Shown here: positions 46,198-55,045 of the stretch, piece after piece
Position numbering within the stretch: position 1 is the stretch's first letter
How the letters are laid out: every line of letters begins with the position of its first letter
Source: an uncultured Bacteroidota bacterium
GTDB lineage: Bacteria > Bacteroidota > Bacteroidia > Flavobacteriales > Flavobacteriaceae
Assembly: GCA_902606525.1 (NCBI GenBank)
Contig: CACLGW010000001.1
Coordinates: 11,303 to 75,302 of the forward strand
Direction: 5' to 3'
DNA length: 64,000 nucleotides
Notes under the pieces: generated by a model
Database searches by the model: none
Seen by the model: the letters and a program-made list of their open reading frames with translations, nothing else
Told to the model about the DNA's origin: nothing
Translations under genes and position numbers: made by a program

Positions 46198-46608
46198 TTA
46201 AAAGTCACAATCAGGGATAACAGACCCATGAGGATCTATCTGAGCATTCCCCAGAATTTCCTGCATTCGAAGAAAAAACTTTGTGTTTTTGATGTGCTCA
46301 ACCTCTTCAGCAATCTCATGCACCTCACCTAAACTAAATTGCATTTTTTCTACTAAATAAAGTTCAATTAAACGATGTTTCGCAATGATCTTAACTGCAG
46401 TCTTTTCTCCTGATTTTGTAAGAATAATTGGCTTGTAGGGTTTAGTATTTACCAAATTCATAACAACTAATTTTTTAATCATGTTAGACACTGTTGACTT
46501 ACTCACATTAAAATGATTTGAAAGAGATGTTACACTAATTTTAATGTCTTTTTCAGCCATCTTATAAATAATCTTTAGATAATTTTCTTTTTCAACTGTC
46601 TTTTGCAT
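46198..46608 (-). CDS. DtxR/MntR-family metal-dependent transcriptional repressor
   Basis: ENYLKIIY...VSKSTVSNMIKKL (wHTH), then HRLIELYL...HEIAEEVEH metal-site region. 136 aa. Confidence 0.8.
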   Translation of the reverse strand: MQKTVEKENYLKIIYKMAEKDIKISVTSLSNHFNVSKSTVSNMIKKLVVMNLVNTKPYKPIILTKSGEKTAVKIIAKHRLIELYLVEKMQFSLGEVHEIAEEVEHIKNTKFFLRMQEILGNAQIDPHGSVIPDCDF

Positions 46609-46638
46609 AAATTTGTTTTGTACTATAAAACTAATTAA

Positions 46639-46646
46639 TATTTTTG
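46639..46646 (+). promoter_or_regulatory. -7 box TATTTTTG for the TonB-dependent receptor at 46663
   Basis: Exact TAnnTTTG, 16 nt before the ATG. Lies in the 54-bp divergent region shared with the DtxR-family gene. Confidence 0.45.
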
Positions 46647-46662
46647 TAAATGAATATTTATT

Positions 46663-48906
46663 ATGATAATTCGTACATTATTCTTTTTATTTCTTTTTAA
46701 AATAGCCTCTGCACAAGAATTTTCTATAACAGGAAAAGTTTTATCTAACGGTCAACCATTAGAAGGTGTTACGGTCCTTTTAAAGGGCTCAAATATTGGA
46801 GTTATAACAAATTATAAAGGTAAATTCCAGTTAGATTTAAATAATCTTAAAAATGAAAAATTGATATTTTCATACATAGGTTATAATCCAGTTGTAAAAA
46901 GAATAGATCCCCAAAATTTAAACTTAGGAACTATAATATTAAAAGCTGATGAGAATTTAGATGAGGTTGTTATTTCAGGAACTTTAAAGCCAGTTTCTAG
47001 GCTGGATAGCTCAGTTCCAGTTGAAGTATACACTCAAACTTTTTTTAAATCTAATCCAACAGCTTCAATTTTTGGGGCCTTGGAAAATATTAATGGAATC
47101 CGTCCTCAGTTAAATTGCAATGTTTGTAATACAGGGGATATTCATATAAATGGTCAAGAGGGAAGTTATACAATGATACTTATTGATGGCTTACCAATAG
47201 TTAGTGGACTATCAACTATCTATGGATTATCTGGTATTCCACAATCTTTAATTGAACGCGTTGAAGTTATAAAAGGTCCTGCCTCAACACTTTATGGTTC
47301 AGAGGCTATTGGAGGTTTAATAAATTTAATTACTAGGCTACCTGAAAATACATCTAAATTGGTAGTAGATTCTTTTCTTTCTGGATGGGGAGAAGTTAAT
47401 ACAGATATTGGATACAAGTATAGTTTATCTTCTAAAAATTCAGGCTTATTAGCAGTTAATTATTTTAATTATTCAAACCCAATAGATAATAATCAAGATG
47501 GCTTTACTGATTTAACGTTGCAAGACCGATTTTCTATTTTTAACAAGCTAACTTTCGGAAAAAAATTGTCAATTGCAACACGATTTATCTATGAAGACCG
47601 TTGGGGAGGTCAAATAAATTGGTCACCTGAATATCGTGGTGGAGATAGTCTTTATGGAGAAAGCATTTATACATCAAGATTTGAAATATTTGGTAAATAC
47701 GAATTTAATCCTAAGCTTTCAATTAATTTTAGCTTTAATGACCATAATCAAAATTCCTTTTATGGATTAACTGCTTTCAATGCAAATCAAACTATTGGAT
47801 TTGGACAGTTTATTTGGAATCAAAAAGTAAAACGGCATGATATTCTATTTGGATTGGCCTACCGTTATACTTATTATGATGATGACACTACAGCCACACT
47901 TAATGAGTTTACTTTATTTAATGAACCTTCAAAAATGCATTTACCAGGTTTATTTTTTCAAGATGAGATAAAATTCAATTTAAAAAACACTCTATTATTC
48001 GGTTTTCGTTATGATTATAATTCTATTCATGGAAATATTTTGACACCTAGGATAAATTATAAAATTAGTAATTTAGATAAGAGCACAACATTTAGATTAA
48101 GTATTGGATCGGGTTACCGTGTAGCTCAAGTTTTTACTGAAGATCACGCAGCGTTAACCGGAGCTCGTGATGTTATATTTATAGAAGAGTTAGATCCGGA
48201 AAGATCATGGAATATAAATGGTAATTTTCTTAAAAAATTATACTTAAAGCAAGGGGCTATGATTGACTTTGATTTTAGCATTTTTCACACCCGCTTTTCA
48301 AATAAAATTATCCCAGACTATGATACAGACCCTAATAAAATAATTTATACCAACCTTTATGGAAGTTCAGTAAATCAAGGAGCTTCTTTCAATTTAAATG
48401 TTTTAATTCAAAATGGAATTAGAGTTAATTTAGGTGCAACTTATATAGATTCTTATATATATGAGGAAGATCTAAAAATAACTCCATACCTGACCGAAAA
48501 TTTTCAAGGGGTTTGGAAAGTTGAAAAAAAATGGAAAGCTTCAAATCTTGTATTAGATATTACAGGAATTATAACTGGTCCAATGAGGTTACCAATATTA
48601 GGGCCTCTAGACCCTAGACCCGATTACTCTTCAATTTTTCATATTCTAAACTTCCAACTTACCAAGTCTTGGAATAATACTTTTGAAACCTATGGAGGTG
48701 TAAAAAACCTTCTTGATTTTACACCATCTAAAGACAGTATTGCAAGATCATTTGATCCGTTTGATAATGGAGTTACTTTTGATAGTGAAGGAAACGCATT
48801 GTCAACACAAAATAATCCTTTTGCATTAACTTTTGACCCTTCATATGTTTATGCATCAAATCAAGGTATTCGGTATTTCTTTGGCTTAAGATGGAAACTT
48901 AATTGA
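46663..48906 (+). CDS. TonB-dependent receptor with a carboxypeptidase-regulatory-like domain and a CxxC motif in the plug
   Basis: ITGKVLSNGQPLEGVTVLLKGS.... Plug has LNCNVCNTGDIHINGQEGSYTMILIDGLPIVSG and IERVEVIKGPASTLYGSEAIGGLINLIT. C-terminal ...YFFGLRWKLN. Confidence 0.85.
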   Translation: MIIRTLFFLFLFKIASAQEFSITGKVLSNGQPLEGVTVLLKGSNIGVITNYKGKFQLDLNNLKNEKLIFSYIGYNPVVKRIDPQNLNLGTIILKADENLDEVVISGTLKPVSRLDSSVPVEVYTQTFFKSNPTASIFGALENINGIRPQLNCNVCNTGDIHINGQEGSYTMILIDGLPIVSGLSTIYGLSGIPQSLIERVEVIKGPASTLYGSEAIGGLINLITRLPENTSKLVVDSFLSGWGEVNTDIGYKYSLSSKNSGLLAVNYFNYSNPIDNNQDGFTDLTLQDRFSIFNKLTFGKKLSIATRFIYEDRWGGQINWSPEYRGGDSLYGESIYTSRFEIFGKYEFNPKLSINFSFNDHNQNSFYGLTAFNANQTIGFGQFIWNQKVKRHDILFGLAYRYTYYDDDTTATLNEFTLFNEPSKMHLPGLFFQDEIKFNLKNTLLFGFRYDYNSIHGNILTPRINYKISNLDKSTTFRLSIGSGYRVAQVFTEDHAALTGARDVIFIEELDPERSWNINGNFLKKLYLKQGAMIDFDFSIFHTRFSNKIIPDYDTDPNKIIYTNLYGSSVNQGASFNLNVLIQNGIRVNLGATYIDSYIYEEDLKITPYLTENFQGVWKVEKKWKASNLVLDITGIITGPMRLPILGPLDPRPDYSSIFHILNFQLTKSWNNTFETYGGVKNLLDFTPSKDSIARSFDPFDNGVTFDSEGNALSTQNNPFALTFDPSYVYASNQGIRYFFGLRWKLN

Positions 48907-49551
48907 TTTTAGTTTTTCTGTATAAATCGCCTCAAATTTGTTTATAACTATATCAGCTTTACTATAATCTTGATTTTTTGAATGTCCTCCATCAAATGCA
49001 ACACAAAAAATACCTGCAGATTTAGCAGCTATAATTCCATTAGTGGCATCTTCAATAACTAAACACTCTCTTTTTGAGTGACCAGTAAGTTTTGCTGCTT
49101 TTTCAAAAATCTCGGGATGAGGTTTGGAGGCTTTTAAATTAGCACCGCTTATTTTTGCTTTAAAATACTGATTCAAATTAAATTTTTCAAAAATCATGTT
49201 GATATTTGGCATTGAAGCTGATGAAGCAAGTACTAGAGAAATCCCATTTTTCTTATAATGTTGAATCAATTCCAGTACACCATCAATTAATTTAAATTCA
49301 TGACCATTTTCAAATAAATTTTTAAAATGTTTTCGCTTAGTTTTAACTAATAAGTTGGGAGAGTGTCTTATTGAGAACTTATTACATAATCTTTGACAAA
49401 TAGGCAAGGTAGACATGCCAGTGAAAGATCCATATAATCTATCGGAAACCTTTAGATTATATTCTTTAAACATCATTTGGTAAGCTTTTTTATGTAATGG
49501 TTCACTATTAATAATTACCCCATCCATATCAAAAATTACAGCTTTAATCAT
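48886..49551 (-). CDS. HAD-superfamily hydrolase (beta-phosphoglucomutase-like subfamily)
   Basis: Motif I AVIFDMDGV immediately after the Met at 49551, and motif IV VIEDATNGI. The track's longer N-terminus (to 49608) looks spurious. Confidence 0.8.
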   Translation of the reverse strand: MIKAVIFDMDGVIINSEPLHKKAYQMMFKEYNLKVSDRLYGSFTGMSTLPICQRLCNKFSIRHSPNLLVKTKRKHFKNLFENGHEFKLIDGVLELIQHYKKNGISLVLASSASMPNINMIFEKFNLNQYFKAKISGANLKASKPHPEIFEKAAKLTGHSKRECLVIEDATNGIIAAKSAGIFCVAFDGGHSKNQDYSKADIVINKFEAIYTEKLKSIKFPS

Positions 49552-49662
49552 ATTTAAAATTTGTCTTAAACTTAATATAAAACTATAGTAAGAATAGTAA
49601 AAAAACACCTAAATAATACTCCAAAATTATTTTTATTAGTAATAAGTAACTAAATTTATTAA

Positions 49663-50049
49663 ATGAGTTTAATTCTCTTGTTAATAATTTTCACATTAAC
49701 TAATGGGTCACAAACTGACTGGCCTATCTATTTCGAAAACGATAAAATTGAAATTTCATTTAAGGATACATTATGTAATGATCTTAAGAATGGGGTTTCC
49801 TTTGAATACTATATGATTAAAATAAAAAATAAAACAAATGAGATATTGGTCGTAAATTATTATTTAGGGAATCAAAAGAATGAAGAAAATAAGGTTGCAT
49901 TTGTATTAAATCCAGCTGAAATTAAAAAAGGAAGTTGTAATTATGACCCAATAAAACTGAAACTTTTTAAGGCAGAAACTAAAAATAAAAAGCCTAGCTC
50001 TCCCACAAAATTTAGTTTAAATAATATTGAAGCGATTGAGGTATACTAG
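49663..50049 (+). CDS. Small secreted hypothetical protein
   Basis: ORF with a hydrophobic N-terminus. No family recognised. Its 3' end overlaps the adhesin start by 23 nt. Confidence 0.4.
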   Translation: MSLILLLIIFTLTNGSQTDWPIYFENDKIEISFKDTLCNDLKNGVSFEYYMIKIKNKTNEILVVNYYLGNQKNEENKVAFVLNPAEIKKGSCNYDPIKLKLFKAETKNKKPSSPTKFSLNNIEAIEVY

Positions 50050-53000
50050 GCTAATTCTCTTTTTTTTATATGTAAACCATACTCTTGGTCAAAGTGTTGA
50101 TTTTACAGCTTCACTTGTTTCGAAAACATGCGATGGAACTACTATGAAGTTTGATGCTACCTTCACACCTGGTGCAACAAGTGTAACGGAATATGATTTT
50201 AATGATGGAAATCTACCAGCTGGCTGGGATTCTTCTCCACACGTTGTTAGCCAACCATGTAATCCCCCCAAAGGTGAAAGATCTCCACCATCAAATTATT
50301 TTTGGGCAACTACTCTTCAATCTGGAGGTAGTAATAATGGAAAAAGATTTGTTCAAACTTCAGCTGAGGATGTTTCTCAGGGCGGTAGTATCGAATTTTA
50401 TATTCGATATGGTGCTGATGATCCAGATAGTGGTGGTTGTGAGGATCCTGATTTGGCAAATGAAGAAGTTTACTTGCAATATAAGCTTGATGGCGGAGCT
50501 TGGATAAATATGTATGAAGATTGGGATACTGTTAGTAACAAGTCTGCTGCTTGGTATAACTGGTATTTTCAAAGCGTTCCAATTCCTGATGGAGCCAAGT
50601 CGAGTTCAACTCAATTTAGATGGTATCAACCAAGCAATTCTGGTTCTCCCTGGGATAATTGGGGTCTTGATGATATCGTTGTCAAGGCTATCTCACCTCC
50701 TTCAGCTTCTTGGGAGTCAGGTTATAGCGGACTTAGTAGTGATACATTTAATGTTGCATCCAACACAGTTTCTTTTACTAAACTTTTCCCTCCAAGCAAC
50801 CAAGACAAAGTTTATTCAGTTTCGGTATCAACAACTTTAACTAATGGAACTATAATTGGAGCAACAAATGATGTAACTGTTCCAGCAAGTGATAATTCTA
50901 TTCCTTCAATTACTACATCAAACATTGCTACAAACACTCTTACTGGTCTTTGTAAGACAAATGTTGATCTCGACAATCCTGTTGTTAGTGATGATTGTTC
51001 AGTAGCTGGTTATGTAGGAATTATATCTGGATATTCAGGGAATTTATCAGATTATGAGTATCCCATAGGGGTAACTACAATAACCTGGACAGTTTCAGAT
51101 ACAGCTGGAAATATAAGTTCAACTTTTCAATTTATAACAGTCATTGATAATGAAGACCCTGTTCTAACTATACCAGCAGATATTATTACAAGTACTTGCT
51201 CGGTTGTTATTGGGGTTGCTTCAGCTACAGATAATTGTTCAACTTTAACCCCATCTTATACTATTGCTTCCAACGGAGGAGCAATTGGTTTAGGTAGCAA
51301 TACAATAATTTGGCATGTTACAGATCTAGCAGGAAGAACAGTTTCAAAAACCCAATCTATTATTGTTTCAGACACTACTCCACCAGTAATTACAGCACCG
51401 CCTAATCTTGAAAATAAAAAAACTGATAATGGTTCTTGTTTGGCAACAAATCTTAACCTTGGAATTCCTAGTACTTCTGATGATTGTTCTGCAGTTACTT
51501 ATGTAGGATCTATAGATGGATATACTGGTGTTTTATCAGATTATGAATATCCAATTGGAGTTACTACTATAACCTGGACGGTTTCAGATACAGCTGGAAA
51601 TATCAGTTCCACGATTCAACTAGTAACAGTAATCCATGAACAACCCCCAATAATTTCTATCTCGGAGACCACTAAAATAATATCAACTTGTGTTGCTATT
51701 TTGGAAGACCCTGTAATTACATCATGTGGTAGTTCATATACAATTTCTAGAAATCCTGTAGGGAATCAGTTTAATACTGGCTTAACAACCATAACTTGGA
51801 CAGTAACAGATACTTTTGGAAATACCGCAACTTCAACTCAGTTTATTAATTATATTAGCCCAGTTCCAGGAATTACTCTACCAGCTAATATAGAAGTAGA
51901 TGCCTCTCTTGGATCTTGCGGAATTTCAAATGTAGATTTATCACTTGGAACTGCAATAGGACATATCTCATGTGGTAATAATACCCCTACTAATGATAAG
52001 CCAGAAGAATTTCCAGTAGGTATTACTGCTGTAACATGGACTGTTACAGATACTCAAAGTGGTCAAACATTTTCAAAAGTTCAAAGTGTTACAGTTAATG
52101 ATGTAGAACCCCCAATTATCCGTGTAAATGACAACATAATACTCTCATTAGATCAAGCATCTTCAATAAACTTAGATTGGACTCTTATAGACAATGGAAG
52201 TGAAGATAATTGTGCTATAAAAAGTTTTTCAATTGAAGGTGAAGCATTTGAAACCATTGATTCAAAAGCATTTTCTTCTAATTTTAACTCACCGCCACAA
52301 AATAGCTCTTTGTTAGGTGATGCTAAAATTGAAGATGGGGTTTTGAGTTTAACTTTACTTGAACAAAATTCGTGGGGAGTATTAAATATCAATCCAGATG
52401 TTGATCCCTCACAATATTTTGAAATAACTTTTAAACATAAACAGTCAGGGGGAGGTTCGACAAGTTCTCCTGGAGCTGATGGAATGGTTTTTAATTTTGG
52501 GCCACCACTTATTTATAATTCATATACTGAATTTGATAATCAAATTCCCCAAACTGGTTTAACAGTTTTATTTGATCAATACGAAAATAAAGAGATTGTT
52601 TACTGGAAAGGATCAGAAATTGGAAGAAGCGAGACTTTAAGATTCAATTCATTGACTGAGGTAAAAATCACCTATAATGAGAATGGATTAAGTTTTTCAG
52701 GATTTGATTTATCTATTAATAACGTGAATTTAGATAATTATTTGGTTTCAGAATTATCAAATTGGGAATTAAGTTTTGCTGCCAGAACTGGGACTTATTA
52801 TAATTATCATGTAGTAGATGATTTAATATTATCTTATAAATCGAATCCATCAACAAGTAAGACAAGATTAAAAAATGGAGGAAAAGAATCATCATTAACA
52901 ACTTTTAATTGCGATAGCTTAGGAATTCAACAGCTTATTTATACTGTAACTGACTCTTCTGGTAACACAAGCTCCAAGACTTTAAATATAAATATAACAG

Positions 53001-54112
53001 ATGATAATGGCTTTTGTAACTCTAATGATCCTCCCATAGAATCAAGCGGAGGAGAAACAGATTCTGGAGAAACATCTTCTGGGGCTGGAATAGATTCAGA
53101 TGGAGATGGATTTCTAGACTCTTCTGATAAATTTCCATTTGATCCTACCGAATGGTTCGATACAGATTCAGACTTAATAGGAAATAACAAAGATTTAGAT
53201 GACGACAATGATGGTCAATCTGATTTAGTTGAATTGGATTGTGGTTCTGATTCTTTAAACAACTTATCTAGATCTGATGACACCGATTTTGATGGGCTTC
53301 CGAATTGTTTAGACCCAGATGATGATAATGATGGATTTGAAGATCAAATTGAAATAAATGAGGGAACAGATCCTTTAAATGTATATGAATTTCCTTTCCC
53401 AGATGGTGATGGTGATGGTGTTCCATTCTATATGGGATCTTTTCAAAGTTTTAATGATAATTGTCCAGATATTCCAAATCCAAATCAGTTAGATGCTGAT
53501 GATGACGGTTTAGGTGACTTATGTGATAACTGTATCAATGTAAAAAATAAAGATCAATTAGATTTTGATCAGGATGGAGTAGGCGATCTCTGTGATATTT
53601 GTCCAAAGGACTTTAATCCAAAACAAGAAGACTATGATAATGATTTAATCGGAGATATCTGTGATTTAGATGATGATAATGATGGGCAATCTGATGAAGA
53701 TGAAATAGCTTGTGGATCAGATCCTAAAGATGAAACCTCGCTAAGCCCAGATTTTGATGAAGATGGAATTTTAGATTGTTTTGATTTAGATAATGATAAT
53801 GATGGTATTGAAGATTCAATTGACCAAAATCCTACTAGCTTTGATGATGTTTTAATAAGCCAGTTTATTTCTGACAATGGAGATGGAATTAACGATCATT
53901 TTATAATATTGAAAATTGATAACTATCCAAATAGCCTGTTGTCAATTTATTCTCGCAGCGGGGTCTTAATCTATTCAAAACTTAATTATCAAAATACTTG
54001 GCCAGCTGACCAAGCAGGTAAAGAATTTCCAGAAGGCAGTTATTTTTTCAGATTAGATTTGGAACAAGACGGGAATATTGATTATCAAGGTTGGCTTTAT
54101 TTAACACGTTAA
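50027..54112 (+). CDS. Giant T9SS-secreted mosaic adhesin (MAM/reelin-like N-domain, HYR-like repeats, L-type lectin-like domain, thrombospondin type 3 Ca-binding repeats, type B CTD)
   Basis: Signal peptide. N-domain ends FRWYQPSNSGSPWDNWGLDDIVV. Repeated ...ITWTVTD..GN.. units. GADGMVFNFG lectin-like motif. Many D.D.DG..D repeats. C-terminal ...FISDNGDGINDHFII...YSRSGVLIYS...GWLYLTR, the gliding-motility type B CTD pattern. TTG start. Confidence 0.85.
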   Translation: MKRLRYTRLILFFLYVNHTLGQSVDFTASLVSKTCDGTTMKFDATFTPGATSVTEYDFNDGNLPAGWDSSPHVVSQPCNPPKGERSPPSNYFWATTLQSGGSNNGKRFVQTSAEDVSQGGSIEFYIRYGADDPDSGGCEDPDLANEEVYLQYKLDGGAWINMYEDWDTVSNKSAAWYNWYFQSVPIPDGAKSSSTQFRWYQPSNSGSPWDNWGLDDIVVKAISPPSASWESGYSGLSSDTFNVASNTVSFTKLFPPSNQDKVYSVSVSTTLTNGTIIGATNDVTVPASDNSIPSITTSNIATNTLTGLCKTNVDLDNPVVSDDCSVAGYVGIISGYSGNLSDYEYPIGVTTITWTVSDTAGNISSTFQFITVIDNEDPVLTIPADIITSTCSVVIGVASATDNCSTLTPSYTIASNGGAIGLGSNTIIWHVTDLAGRTVSKTQSIIVSDTTPPVITAPPNLENKKTDNGSCLATNLNLGIPSTSDDCSAVTYVGSIDGYTGVLSDYEYPIGVTTITWTVSDTAGNISSTIQLVTVIHEQPPIISISETTKIISTCVAILEDPVITSCGSSYTISRNPVGNQFNTGLTTITWTVTDTFGNTATSTQFINYISPVPGITLPANIEVDASLGSCGISNVDLSLGTAIGHISCGNNTPTNDKPEEFPVGITAVTWTVTDTQSGQTFSKVQSVTVNDVEPPIIRVNDNIILSLDQASSINLDWTLIDNGSEDNCAIKSFSIEGEAFETIDSKAFSSNFNSPPQNSSLLGDAKIEDGVLSLTLLEQNSWGVLNINPDVDPSQYFEITFKHKQSGGGSTSSPGADGMVFNFGPPLIYNSYTEFDNQIPQTGLTVLFDQYENKEIVYWKGSEIGRSETLRFNSLTEVKITYNENGLSFSGFDLSINNVNLDNYLVSELSNWELSFAARTGTYYNYHVVDDLILSYKSNPSTSKTRLKNGGKESSLTTFNCDSLGIQQLIYTVTDSSGNTSSKTLNINITDDNGFCNSNDPPIESSGGETDSGETSSGAGIDSDGDGFLDSSDKFPFDPTEWFDTDSDLIGNNKDLDDDNDGQSDLVELDCGSDSLNNLSRSDDTDFDGLPNCLDPDDDNDGFEDQIEINEGTDPLNVYEFPFPDGDGDGVPFYMGSFQSFNDNCPDIPNPNQLDADDDGLGDLCDNCINVKNKDQLDFDQDGVGDLCDICPKDFNPKQEDYDNDLIGDICDLDDDNDGQSDEDEIACGSDPKDETSLSPDFDEDGILDCFDLDNDNDGIEDSIDQNPTSFDDVLISQFISDNGDGINDHFIILKIDNYPNSLLSIYSRSGVLIYSKLNYQNTWPADQAGKEFPEGSYFFRLDLEQDGNIDYQGWLYLTR

Positions 54113-55029
54113 GTATTATTTAAAACTTTTTCAATTAATTTTTTTGTTTTAAAAGCTCCTTGTTTTCTTGAAATCTCATTTCCAGAAAACTCTACGCCAG
54201 CAAAAGTAAAATGAGGAGAATTTTCTAAAATAGAAAACATTTTTTTGAAATCTGTAGTTGTTTCCTCACCGTGTTTGTCAAAACTCTCTGATTTAGCACT
54301 AATTGCACGAATGTAAGGAGATAGTAATTTAAAACCTTCGTAGGGATTGGGATAATATGTATCTGGATTTCGCTCTAATGTCCAATTTGTAAAGTCACCT
54401 AATATACCTACATTTTTAAGCTTTACACCTCTCATAAGAGCAATCATCCACTCAGGATCAGATGAATACCCGTTGTGGTTTTCTATTAAAAGGTCCAAAC
54501 CTTTTGATGAGGCATAATTTGCTAATTCTCTTACTCCCTCGATAGCATATTTAAGTTTTTCTTTATAGGGTATTGTGATATATTCGCCACAAACATTTCT
54601 GACGGCTTTACAGTTTAGGGCGGCTGCAACATCGATCCAATATTTATAAGTAGCTATAGCATCTCTTCGTTTTTTGGGATCTTTATCGCCAACATCGCCT
54701 TTACCTCCTGTTAGCAATACAGCACTCTTAACATCAGATACTTCCATTGCATTATTCATGCGTTTAATATACTCCTGATCTAGCCTAGGAGGAAAATGGA
54801 ACATTTCATGGTCGATATAGTCAAAACCCAAAGATTTTGCTACCTTAGGAAAATCAAGTAAGTCTATATTTAAGGGATCATCACCACCGTAACCTGATCT
54901 AATTAGTGACCAAGGTGTTAGGGAGACCTTAATATTTCGTTTAATATCCATTTGACTTTTAAAGCCTGACAAACTCAATATTCCAAAAGCACTAAAGGCA
55001 GAGTTATAAATAAATTTTCTACGTTTCAT
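54109..55029 (-). CDS. Exported xylose-isomerase-like TIM-barrel protein (sugar phosphate isomerase/epimerase family)
   Basis: N-terminal RRKF signal-like segment. ...LLIENHNGY... and barrel pattern. Confidence 0.65.
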   Translation of the reverse strand: MKRRKFIYNSAFSAFGILSLSGFKSQMDIKRNIKVSLTPWSLIRSGYGGDDPLNIDLLDFPKVAKSLGFDYIDHEMFHFPPRLDQEYIKRMNNAMEVSDVKSAVLLTGGKGDVGDKDPKKRRDAIATYKYWIDVAAALNCKAVRNVCGEYITIPYKEKLKYAIEGVRELANYASSKGLDLLIENHNGYSSDPEWMIALMRGVKLKNVGILGDFTNWTLERNPDTYYPNPYEGFKLLSPYIRAISAKSESFDKHGEETTTDFKKMFSILENSPHFTFAGVEFSGNEISRKQGAFKTKKLIEKVLNNT

Positions 55030-55045
55030 TTTTTTATATTAAAAG

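Noticed and set aside
46609-46662. Search for a DtxR/MntR palindromic operator in the regulator-receptor spacer
   Set aside because: I found only a short TTTTGTA direct repeat and AT-rich sequence, with no clear dyad symmetry. I therefore do not call an operator feature.
53040-53850. Highly repetitive GAT-rich DNA (gatgatgataatgatgg...)
   Set aside because: It is the coding sequence of the thrombospondin type 3 Asp-rich Ca-binding repeats of the adhesin, in frame throughout. It is not a non-coding satellite.
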